Shown here: positions 15,080-27,642 of the stretch, piece by piece | Position numbering within the stretch: position 1 is the stretch's first letter | Layout of the letters: every line of letters starts with the position of its first letter | Origin: Eledone cirrhosa | Lineage: Eukaryota | Assembly (NCBI GenBank): GCA_964016885.1 | Contig: CAXHJY010001577.1 | Coordinates: 936-64,935, forward strand | Reading direction: 5' to 3' | DNA: 64,000 nt | Notes under the pieces: model-generated | The model's database searches: none | What the model was told of the DNA's origin: nothing | What the model saw: the letters and a program-made list of their open reading frames with translations, nothing else | Program-made: the position numbers and the translations under genes

Positions 15080-15194
15080 CAGTATTCCGATGATTTGATC
15101 AGAGACGCACACTGTAATTAAGGTCGAGTGACGTAATTTCTAGCGACCAGTAGCCTTTAGACTCACATGATTAATGAAACAATTGTCAATACTG
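15080..15194 (+). ncRNA. Hammerhead-like motif family D with U4C core variant
   Basis: CAGTATT-CCGATGA-TTTGATCA...TGATTAAT-GAAA-CAATTG-TC-AATACTG: 7-bp stem I, palindromic stem III; homologous arms at 43612-43871. Confidence 0.7.
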
Positions 15195-15240
15195 TAAATA
15201 AATCCTTTTTGTACAGCCGACCATGTTATTCTTCACTCTT

Positions 15241-15278
<38 letters not shown>

Positions 15279-15282
<4 letters not shown>

Positions 15283-15570
15283 AAAAAGAGATGAAATCGA
15301 AAATGCAACTGAAGTCTTATTTTTTTTAAAAATATATATATATTTATTTGGTTCCTTTACCGGTTGTGAGAAAAACCACAGACCCTCCATCTCAACTCAC
15401 CTTTTGAAAAGCAGAAGAACTGCGAAACCGGTAAAGGAACCAAATAAATATATATATATTTAAAAAAAAAATAAGACTTCAGTTGCATTTTCGATTTCAT
15501 CTCTTTTTCTTTATACTTCCACTCGTGTAGGACACCTCGGTTATTTTTCATTTTGTAAAAAAAACCTCAC

Positions 15571-15580
<10 letters not shown>
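15279..15580. mobile_element. Family E HHR element with inverted partial copy; HHR at 15400-15437 (+)
   Basis: 15279-15365 is the reverse complement of 15427-15513; CCTT-TTGAAAA-GCAG AAGAA CTGC-GAAA-CCGG-TA-AAGG. Confidence 0.8.
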
Positions 15581-15611
<31 letters not shown>

Positions 15612-15615
<4 letters not shown>

Positions 15616-16269
15616 GGAATACTGTTGGCTTTTCGCTACAATGTTTTCTATACCTTTCATTTAGATATTTATACTCGCATTTCTTTCCTAGAGTGCTTAA
15701 ATTATTTGTGACTAATCCCGGTATTTTTTAATAAAAAACCGCGATAATATTGCTTTTTGCTGAACTCCTTATTGTAGAGTTTTTTTCGTAATGTTTTTTT
15801 GACTGTTGTTTCTTGTAAACAAACATTCGTCTCATTCTGACGTCACCAGCCCTGTCTTTCCACATGTGCGTTTTATTTTTCATAATCACGCATGATGGTG
15901 AACTAGCCTGTTTTTAAATTACCTTTTTGGCATATAAATCTGTGAGAATCTTGGTTATCGAGTTGAGCTCTGCTGAGGATCGAATTCCAACCGTGACCAT
16001 CTCCACTGAAAGTTTTCGTGAAATAGTCTTTAAGACTATACAGAGCATTTGAAGTTTTTCCAAATTGAAGGATGAGTATTTAAACTGTATTTTATCATGA
16101 GTTAAGGCTCTATTGATTTTTCCCTGGATTTCACTAAATTCTGTGGATGAATCTATATCCTGATTCTCTTTGAGATGAGTTTGAACTATTTTTCCCATTT
16201 TGACGCTATAGTCACTTATATAATATGGAATACTGTTGGCTTTTCGCTACAATGTTTTCTATACCTTTC

Positions 16270-16273
<4 letters not shown>
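15612..16273 (+). mobile_element. Family B element, second subfamily; HHR at 15967-16046
   Basis: ~50-nt terminal direct repeat TATGGAATACTGTTGGC...CTTTCATTT; GCTCTG-CTGAGGA...GAAA-TAGTCTTTAAGACTA-TA-CAGAGC. Confidence 0.82.
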
Positions 16274-16349
<76 letters not shown>

Positions 16350-17749
16350 TAGCAAAGAAATAGATTACCAAGGCTCAATAATTAATACATTATTTATTTG
16401 ATTTACACACGTTTCTTGTTTCTTTCTATAAACATGTTCTTCACTTTGTAGAGAGATCGTCAAGATCAATTGTATATAACATATTTAAATGTGTTTAATT
16501 ACAGACAGATGTATGTACGTACAAGCATGGTTGTAGCGACAAATTTAAACAAAGTTTTTCTAAGGTTATGGAATGTTGGAATCGCCAGAATTATTTATTT
16601 AATGATACTTTTCTTAATAGTGACTGTGTCGGGTATTACCAGCACTCCTATTCTCATATCATATTAATATAATCTATGCCTGTCGTTAGTGTAAATATAA
16701 TAGTATTTACTGAAGTGATAATCAAATTTGACCTCAGTATACAGTTTTATAAGCGTTAAGTTTATATCGATAGAAGCAGGTAGCGGGTAAAATTATCTAG
16801 TGGTTATCGGCGTTCATACACATACACACACATACACACACACATATACATGTCTTCATATTCGTAAGTACATACATATCTGAAAGCCTTACTGTTGTAT
16901 TATCAACTTATAGAATTTACTTTCTCTCTATATATAGTATAAGCAGATTTTTTTTTTCCTTTCAAGAGAACTATTTTCATAATTGATTGCAGTAAAAAGT
17001 GCATCATTGTGGCGCAACCCTCTGCCCAACAATTTAGTACATGCAGAAAGAAAACGAATAATCTATATAGAATAGATAAGTCAACCTATAATAGCATAAC
17101 ATACATATAGCTAAGAAAGAGCTACAAGAAAACTAATACAAACCTGAAAGTAATACTAGAATACTGGGCAGAGGTTTGTACATCAATGATGCATTTTTAT
17201 TCTTATTCATCAAGAAAATAGTGCCATTTTAAACAACAGAAATTGATAACTAAATTCTGTAAAATATCAGTCCAAAGTGGACAAAACACATTAACCACTC
17301 GTAGATTAAAAACTACACACATCAAACAGTTGCGTAAACAGAAATACCACAGATGACACTGACATAGTTAGAAACGATCCACCCAACAATGATATAGAAT
17401 CTCTGAACAATCATGTGGTAGACAAAGTAGAGTATAAGGAAAGTCATCGAAGCTGCCTCTCGAGCAATAAGAGAACTATCAGTAGAAACATGACAACCGT
17501 TTGCAACGGGAGTAAACTAACGAATCGAACAAGGATACGTGCACTTCTGCACTTGCTTCCATGGAACTCCATCCACATGTAGAGTGTACTGGGCAGGCCG
17601 TCTTGAGATGTGTTTGGAGTTAAGCTGGAAATTGATTCCAGATCAGCAAATAAAGTGTTCTGGTAGACCATCCGGTGTCTTTGTAATAAGACATCCTCCT
17701 CCACACCTGCTATCAGAAACGTGTCTGTGGTACTCCTCTCTTCAGGGAG

Positions 17750-17815
17750 GTGCACCCTCACGAGGTGGAGAGAATATTTTGCTGATCTCCTAAACCCGAT
17801 CACAACAGTATTTTC
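17750..17815 (+). pseudogene. Short LINE endonuclease-RT linker remnant
   Basis: RWREYFADLLN motif only. Confidence 0.4.
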
Positions 17816-18276
17816 TGGAGGTATGAGTGTTTTAGGTCATTATTATATTTGGTGTAGAATATCTTACTGCTATTTTGATAGGCATCATTTAAAGAAAAAT
17901 ATTTTCTTGTTTAAAGTATTGGATGATAGTTATGTTTAGTGTGAATATTATAAAATAGTTATCAGTTCTGTTGTAGGCATTTTAGATATTTGTATTGTAA
18001 AATGTATGTTTATCCACATATTGAAATTTTAACAAGAGGAAAATGGTAAGTATACTTGTGGTTATTTATTACATTTTACAAATATATATATATATACTCT
18101 TTTACCTGTTCCAGCCATCCGGCTGAGGCCATGTATGTGCGCGCGCGCGTGTGTTTGTGTGTGTTTTGTGATTATATGTGTGTGTGTGTATATATATATA
18201 TATATTTAATGTGTGTGAGTTATCTGCTCTATTTTTATTTCCTTTTGAGTTTGTATATTATATTTGCGTTTTCATA

Positions 18277-18446
18277 TCGGTAGAGGGTCGGACGCCATGC
18301 TTTCCAGCATAGTTACGTCCCTTTACGATCTGAGTTCAAATCCCGCCGAGGTTGACTTTGCCTTTCATCCTTACGGGGTCGATAAAATAAAGTACCAGTA
18401 ATGCACTGGATAATTGCTGGCCTTGTGCCTAAAGTAGAAACAATTA
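18277..18446 (+). mobile_element. tRNA-derived SINE (octopus OK-like)
   Basis: GAGTTCAAATCC B-box-like sequence, TTTGCCTTTCATCCTTACGGGGTCGATAAAATAAAGTACCAG body, GCCTTGTGCCTAA..TAGAAACAATTAT tail; several copies in the window. Confidence 0.8.
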
Positions 18447-19615
18447 TATATATATATATTTTTTTTGAATGGTGTTAGTTTCAGTATTAATATTTCGATA
18501 GTTTCAAGAGTATATTATGTTAAAATGAAACACATAGTATGCCTCTTTATGAGCTGAGTGTATGGTAACTTACATTCATACCTCTCAGATATATACTTCC
18601 ATTGTTCCGAATTTGCTCTCTTTCAGTCTTTCCTATGTCATGATTTAATGATTTAGGGGATATATTAAAATTATATATTTATTTACACTGACAAAAATCT
18701 CAAACCTCAATGCACATAAATCTGCATTCTCACACAGTTGTTAGGGATCAAATAAACAAGTAAATAAAGATATTTAGAAAAATAAAACTATATAATGGGT
18801 TGATGAGAATATATTGTATGTCAGGTTAGTGTATGAATTAAAATATTTACAAGTTCATTTATGTTTGTGGGAGTTTATTATACCATAGATTCTAAGGTGG
18901 GGTTTATATAAAGAGGACTTCTTAGTTTCTGTTGTACTTAAACTACATGGCTTGTAGTTGCTGGCATACGATTTAGCTCTTGTTAAAATTCCCCATTTTA
19001 AAGTATTCTGTGCAATGATGAGTTTAAATGTCTCAATATATATATAACCTTATATAAATGTAGCCTTCTTCATATTCTTAACATTTAAAGGTACTAAGAT
19101 AAACACATATAAAAGAAACTGCACATGGCCACTGCAAACCTGGCATCTTCTTATATTTCTAATAAATGCAACTGCCATTTACGAACTTCCTATTACAAAC
19201 AACCATCATAAATTCCTTGACCTTTTAAACGTCAAATATCCACATAAAAATAACATATCCCACATACAATTTAATCATTTCATATACTGTCCCAAATAAT
19301 TGCATTTGCTCCAATGTAGACACAACAGGACTAAACATAATAAAATATTTCAATTATCAACTTTTACAATTATAAGCCCGTAAGAGAAACATAATCAGTA
19401 CTTCTGTAACAATCTGCTATTATACTGGGTAATTGCTCGCCTTGTGCCTAACGTAGAAACAATTATTTAAAATAACATTATGTAAATAACTCACCTTCAA
19501 GTAGTTGAGATCTGTTCTAAAAATTGAGTTACTCTTTTCTTAATTAATTCACCAAGCATCTCTCCCCATCTCTTTCACACAGAAACACACACATGCTCTC
19601 ATATTGTTATTATTA

Positions 19616-19809
19616 GCGACGGTGGATTGGCAGTATCGGTAGAGAGTCGGACACCATGCTTTGACACATAGAGTTACGGCCCTTTCCATTCTAGGTTCAA
19701 ATGCCGTCGAGATTAACTTTGCCATTCATCCTTACGGGGTCGATAAAATAAAGTACCAGTAATGCACTGGTATAATTGCTGGCCTTGTGCCAAACGTAGA
19801 AACAATTAT
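19616..19809 (+). mobile_element. SINE (same family)
   Basis: Homologous to 18277-18446. Confidence 0.8.
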
Positions 19810-20135
19810 TTGCGATATTCTGTATATTATCTATAAACATTGTGTCTTTACAGTCTCTGCATTAGTAAAGCATGTCACTTGTCTTTAACCCATACATTTA
19901 TTAAATTATGTATTTTAATATAGCAATACATACTCTAATGGAGTTAACTAATTATTGTCTCTCAATTCATAATTATTACTCATTCCGTTAATATTATACA
20001 CGTTTTCACTTTAATATATATCAGACATTTTATGCATTTCTTTCTCTCAATTCTGTGCATTCACTTAGACAAATATAACGTTATCGTCATTTAAAACTTA
20101 GCATTTGTTTTTAATGGCTATTATTAAAGTATTTT

Positions 20136-20296
20136 GGCAGTGGACTGGCATTATCGGTAGAGCGTCGGACAGCATACTTTGTCTTTCATCCTTACGGGAT
20201 TGATGAAATATAGTGCCAGCAACGTACTGGGTTGATTTAATCAACCTTCCCTATCGCCCAAATTGTTGGCCTTCTGCCTAAATCAGAGCCCATTAT
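20136..20296 (+). mobile_element. Diverged SINE (same family)
   Basis: CTTTCATCCTTACGGG...GGCCTTCTGCCTAAA. Confidence 0.65.
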
Positions 20297-20598
20297 TGAA
20301 GTGTGCTATTTAAAAAAAAATCATGTAATTATGATTTTATTTATATTATTTATTTGTATATATTATGGACTATTTCATAACACAAAATTAACTAGGATAC
20401 ATTTTTAATAACGAATAGCTTGACTCGATGCTCAGACTATAATATACAGACCCAAATCTACATTATTCATGGCAAGGTTTTTAACCTTAGTATTTCTCAC
20501 TTATATTTTCCTATCATCCCTGCAGAAACGTATTAGAAGAATATGATGTCTTAACTTTTAATTTTGTCTATTCGTCCGTTATTTTATTTACATATATG

Positions 20599-20657
<59 letters not shown>

Positions 20658-21059
20658 CACACGCACACGCACACACACATATATATTAAGGTGTTAGCTC
20701 TAGCATAGCTGTATACAGTGGTGGACTGGCCAGGTTGCCCGATGGCAAGTGGGCGCCAGGGGGCCCACGGTAGCATTGCAGGGCTCATCGTAGAAATTTA
20801 GGCGCAAATGCTTTGCTTTAAAAAAATAACTGAAATCTAACAGAAAGAATAAAATGTTTTTTAAAATAAATAAAACAATTAATCAAAGCATTTGGTGAAC
20901 ACATTCCACAGGGAATTAATATAAACCAAAATATATGATAGTGCAAGTAGCTGGAATGAGTGGTTGTACTTTCTACTAAATATAAAGATTAGTGTATTCA
21001 TTCATGCATGCAAAAATACATATATAGACACAGGCACACAAGCATATATATATATATAT

Positions 21060-21784
21060 ATAAACGGAAAAAATGAAACGAAATTTTATTTCTCACACTT
21101 AGTACGGCTGTTATTTAAATATAAGTATGTATACGTAGATACATATATTTATACAGACGTACAGTAGTATGTATATATATATACATACATGCACACACAT
21201 ATATATATGTACGTATGGATTCACCGAACATTTATTATAATGCTCGGTGTGTTTAAACAAACAACTCGAATTAAGCCGTACAGTGTCTAGCCACCATCGT
21301 TGCTCATTTGTTCAAAACTGACAAAGGAACGCTGTACTAGTTTCAAGCTTATTAGCTATCGTCAGCAACGTATACCTTCCTGCCAGATGGTTGAACGTCT
21401 GAAAGTATATACTTTCCTTATGCATATTAACGGCTGAGCAGCCTAATTTGCATATCGAGTGAGTTAATCGGCCGGGGTACCGAAAACGATAAACGGAAAA
21501 AATGAAACGAAATTTCATTTCTCACTGATAGTACGGCTGTTACTTAAATATAAGTATGTATACGTACATAAATATATGTATACAGACGTACAGTAGTATG
21601 TATATATACATACATATATGTACGTATGGATTCACCGAACATTTATTATAATGCTCGGTGTGTTTGTAAACAAACAACCCGAATTAAGCCGTACAGTGTC
21701 TAGCAACCAATGTTGCTCATTTGTTCAAAACTGACAAAGGAACGCTGTACTAGTTTCAAGCTTATTAGCTATCGTCAGCAACGT
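21060..21784 (-). repeat. Family F HHR tandem repeat, ~413-430-nt unit, ~1.7 copies; HHRs at 21329-21371 and 21742-21784
   Basis: Minus strand ACGTTG-CTGACGA-TAGCTAATAAGCTT-GAAA-CTAG-TA-CAGCGT occurs twice, 413 nt apart. Confidence 0.85.
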
Positions 21785-24700
21785 ATCCACTGAATTATTT
21801 TTTAATAAGTTTCCAGAGTTCTCGCTTTGCCTGGAAACTTAGACGAGAATAGACTTCCCTGACGACGGAATGTTTCTCAGTATCTTACTCCATTCCAGAA
21901 ACTAATTAGTTGGAAGTGATATTTTAGTAAGTAAGTTAATTTTATAATTTTCTTATTTTACGTCTCTCATATTATTGTTCTGCAACCCCATGCATTGAAA
22001 CACAAAGTTACTAAAACAAAACCTATATATTTGCTAGCATTGATATGCATCTGTATGTATATATATGTTACTAGATATTAATTCTTTATAATTATCTCCA
22101 AATTATTTGTCGAGCAATATTGGCCATGACTGCTGCTATGGTAGTAGGCAGGCCGCTGTCTTATTAGCAAACCACTTTCCACTGATTGACCTCTATGTCA
22201 CGTGTTTGATTCTCTTTAAATTTGCCACAGACGCAGAGGCAGTGATTTTCTCAATGGCTAGGAATTCAGTCCACGCTTTGCTATTTCCTATCCACTGAAT
22301 TATTTTTTAATAAGTTTCCAGAGTCCTCGCTTTGCCTGGAAACTTAGACGAGAATAGACTTCCCTGACGACGGAATGTTTCTCAATATCTTCTTCGGAAA
22401 ATATATTTACTCGATTCCAGAAACTAATTAGTTGGAAGTGATATTTTAGTAAGTAAGTTAATTTTATAATTTTCTTATTTTACGTCTCTCATATTATTGT
22501 TCTGCAACCCCATGCATTGAACCACAAAGTTACTAAGACAAAACCTATATATTTGCTAGCATTGATATGCATCTGTATGTATATATATGTTACTAGATAT
22601 TAATTCTTTATAATTATCTCCAAATTATTTGTCGAACAATATTGGCCATGACTGCTGCTATGGTAGTAGGCAGGCCGCTGTCTTGTAAGCAAACCACTTT
22701 CCACTGATTGACCTCGATGTCACGTGTTTGATTCTCTTTGAATTTGCCACAGACGCAGTGATTTTCTCAATGGCTAGGAATTCAGTCCACGCTTTGCTAT
22801 TTCCTATCCACTGAATTATTTTTTAATAAGTTTCCAGAGTCCTCGCTTTGCCTGGAAACTTAGACGAGAATAGACTTCCCTGACGACGGAATGTTTCTCA
22901 ATATCTTCTTCGGAAAATATATTTACTCGATTCCAGAAACTAATTAGTTGGAAGTGATATTTTAGTAAGTAAGTTAATTTTATAATTTTCTTATTTTACG
23001 TCTCTCATATTATTGTTCTGCAACCCCATGCATTGAACCACAAAGTTACTAAGACAAAACCTATATATTTGCTAGCATTGATATGCATCTGTATGTATAT
23101 ATATGTTACTAGATATTAATTCTTTATAATTATCTCCAAATTATTTGTCGAACAATATTGGCCATGACTGCTGCTATGGTAGTAGGCAGTCCGCTGTCTT
23201 GTAAGCAAACCACTTTCAACTGATTGACCTCGATGTCACGTGTTTGATTCTCTTTAAATTTGCCACAGACGCAGAGGCAGTGATTTTCTCAATGGCTAGG
23301 AATTCAGTCCACGCTTTGCTATTTCCTATCCACTGAATTATTTTTTAATAAGTTTCCAGAGTCCTCGCTTTGCCTGGAAACTTAGACGAGAATAGACTTC
23401 CCTGACGACGGAATGTTTCTCAATATCTTCTTCGGAAAATATATTTACTCGATTCCAGAAACTAATTAGTTGGAAGTGATATATTAGTAAGTAAGTTAAT
23501 TTTATAATTTTCTTATTTTACGTCTCTCATATTATTGTTCTGCAACCCCATGCATTGAACCACAAAGTTACTAAGACAAAACCTATATATTTGCTAGCAT
23601 TGATATGCATCTGTATGTATATATATGTTACTAGATATTAATTCTTTATAATTATCTCCAAATTATTTGTCGAACAATATTGGCCATGACTGCTGCTATG
23701 GTAGTAGGCAGGCCGCTGTCTTGTAAGCAAACCACTTTCCACTGATTGACCTCGATGTCACGTGTTTGATTCTCTTTGAATTTGCCACAGACGCAGTGAT
23801 TTTCTCAATGGCTAGAAATTCAGTCCACGCTTTGCTATTTCCTATCCACTGAATTATTTTTTAATAAGTTTCCAGAGTCCTCGCTTTGCCTGGAAACTTA
23901 GACGAGAATAGACTTCCCTGACGACGGAATGTTTCTCAATATCTTCTTCGGAAAATATATTTACTCGATTCCAGAAACTAATTAGTTGGAAGTGATATTT
24001 TAGTAAGTAAGTTAATTTTATAATTTTCTTATTTTACGTCTCTCATATTATTGTTCTGCAACCCCATGCATTGAACCACAAAGTTACTAAGACAAAACCT
24101 ATATATTTGCTAGCATTGATATGCATCTGTATGTATATATATGTTACTAGATATTAATTCTTTATAATTATCTCCAAATTATTTGTCGAACAATATTGGC
24201 CATGACTGCTGCTATGGTAGTAGGCAGGCCGCTGTCTTGTAAGCAAACCACTTTCCACTGATTGACCTCGATGTCACGTGTTTGATTCTCTTTGAATTTG
24301 CCACAGACGCAGTGATTTTCTCAATGGCTAGAAATTCAGTCCACGCTTTGCTATTTCCTATCCACTGAATTATTTTTTAATAAGTTTCCAGAGTCCTCGC
24401 TTTGCCTGGAAACTTAGACGAGAATAGACTTCCCTGACGACGGAATGTTTCTCAATATCTTCTTCGGAAAATATATTTACTCGATTCCAGAAACTAATTA
24501 GTTGGAAGTGATATTTTAGTAAGTAAGTTAATTTTATAATTTTCTTATTTTACGTCTCTCATATTATTGTTCTGCAACCCCATGCATTGAACCACAAAGT
24601 TACTAAGACAAAACCTATATATTTGCTAGCATTGATATGCATCTGTATGTATATATATGTTACTAGATATTAATTCTTTATAATTATCTCCAAATTATTT

Positions 24701-25581
24701 GTCGAACAATATTGGCCATGACTGCTGCTATGGTAGTAGGCAGGCCGCTGTCTTGTAAGCAAACCACTTTCCACTGATTGACCTCGATGTCACGTGTTTG
24801 ATTCTCTTTGAATTTGCCACAGACGCAGTGATTTTCTCAATGGCTAGAAATTCAGTCCACGCTTTGCTATTTCCTATCCACTGAATTATTTTTTAATAAG
24901 TTTCCAGAGTCCTCGCTTTGCCTGGAAACTTAGACGAGAATAGACTTCCCTGACGACGGAATGTTTCTCAATATCTTCTTCGGAAAATATATTTACTCGA
25001 TTCCAGAAACTAATTAGTTGGAAGTGATATTTTAGTAAGTAAGTTAATTTTATAATTTTCTTATTTTACGTCTCTCATATTATTGTTCTGCAACCCCATG
25101 CATTGAACCACAAAGTTACTAAGACAAAACCTATATATTTGCTAGCATTGATATGCATCTGTATGTATATATATGTTACTAGATATTAATTCTTTATAAT
25201 TATCTCCAAATTATTTGTCGAACAATATTGGCCATGACTGCTGCTATGGTAGTAGGCAGGCCGCTGTCTTGTAAGCAAACCACTTTCAACTGATTGACCT
25301 CGATGTCACGTGTTTGATTCTCTTTGAATTTGCCACAGACGCAGAGGCAGTGATTTTCTCAATGGCTAGGAATTCAGTCCACGCTTTGCTATTTCCTATC
25401 CACTGAATTATTTTTTAATAAGTTTCCAGAGTCCTCGCTTTGCCTGGAAACTTAGACAAGAATAGATTTCCTTGACGACGGAATGTTTCTCTATATCTTC
25501 TTCGGAAAATATATTTACTTCATTCCAGAAACTAATTAGTTGGAAGTGATATTTTAGTAAGTAAGTTAATTTTATAATTTT
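21785..25581 (+). repeat. Family A tandem array, ~7.3 copies of 516/522 bp
   Basis: Unit starts at 22093, 22615, 23131, 23653, 24169, 24685 and 25201; HHR e.g. 22358-22439. Confidence 0.97.
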
Positions 25582-25598
25582 CTTATTTTACGTTTCTC

Positions 25599-25858
<260 letters not shown>

Positions 25859-25876
25859 ATATACCTATATATATAC

Positions 25877-25961
<85 letters not shown>

Positions 25962-25992
25962 CATATATATATATACATATATATATATATAC

Positions 25993-26221
<229 letters not shown>

Positions 26222-26366
26222 TATATGAAAAGTGTAAGTTTCTACACAAAACGAAGGTTATAGAGAAAATTGAGGTTGGTAATGGCACATGGAATATATA
26301 AGAGACAGAATACTTTTTTGTGAAAAAACATAATTTTATAAGGTAAGAAAATAATAAAGGGTATAA

Positions 26367-26414
26367 AAAATGACCGGTTTCGATGGGTCTGCAAAAGCCA
26401 TCTTTTCAAATGTT
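26367..26414 (-). ncRNA. Hammerhead with U3-A8 covariant core, downstream of the Penelope ORF (probable pLTR)
   Basis: AACAT-TTGAAAA-GATGG...CCATC-GAAA-CCGG-TC-ATTTT; stem I has one mismatch. Confidence 0.65.
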
Positions 26415-26764
26415 GATTAATATTAAGAAAAATTAATAATACGAAGAGTTAAAATTTGAGACTTGAAAATTCAAGTATAAAATTCATTGTGGGATTTCAT
26501 AGCAGTTTTCATCTAGGTAGCAACAACAGGTTGACTGCTGTGTCCCTTTCAGGTAGTGAATGAGAAGTTATTTGGGGTGTGGGTTATTTTATAAAGGTCA
26601 GATTTAGCAATCGCCAGCTGCTGGTCAGTGAGGGGGTGGAAGCAATATACACACACATATATCTTCCTGTGATGGGTAGGAGAGTGGAGCGTGATAGAAA
26701 AGGATTTAGTGCACTTACACCTATATATACACACATACCTTCATCCACACATACATACATATAC

Positions 26765-26807
<43 letters not shown>

Positions 26808-26876
26808 CACACATACATACACACACACATACATATACATACACACATACACACACACACACATATATATACACAT

Positions 26877-26929
<53 letters not shown>

Positions 26930-26968
26930 TATATATACATACACATACATCCAGATACACACATACAT

Positions 26969-27034
<66 letters not shown>

Positions 27035-27642
27035 CCACACATACATACACACACACATATATATATACATACACACATACAAACATACACACACACACAC
27101 ACACACATATATATACACACATACACACACATATATATACACACACACACACACACACGCATATATATATATATATACACATACGCATACATCCAGATAC
27201 CCACATACATACACACACACACACACACACACGCACACACAATACATACATCCACATGCACACACATACTCACACACACACACACACACATACATACACC
27301 CACACACAGAGAAATGGCCTTCAAATATATATATATATATATACATACAGACACATATATTTTTTCCATAATATAAGAAGTTGGGGCAGTGAAATTAAAA
27401 TACAAGTCATTCTGATCACATTGAGTTCTTCATGTAGATTGGGCCCCGCAACCGACAGTGGTGAATTCTGTGTGCGCATATATATATAGATATATGTGTG
27501 TGCACGTGCAGGGTTTAACATGGATGTATTGGTCACACAAAGGCATGGTCTGTCAATGAATAAACCTGATTCTACAGAATTGGTCTCTGGTCTTTAATAG
27601 TAGTGATTCCGTGCGTATGTGTGTTTATATTTTATGACAATT

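Noticed and set aside
16400-16450. HHR-like remnant on the minus strand
   Set aside because: Core reads GTGAAGA and stems do not pair convincingly
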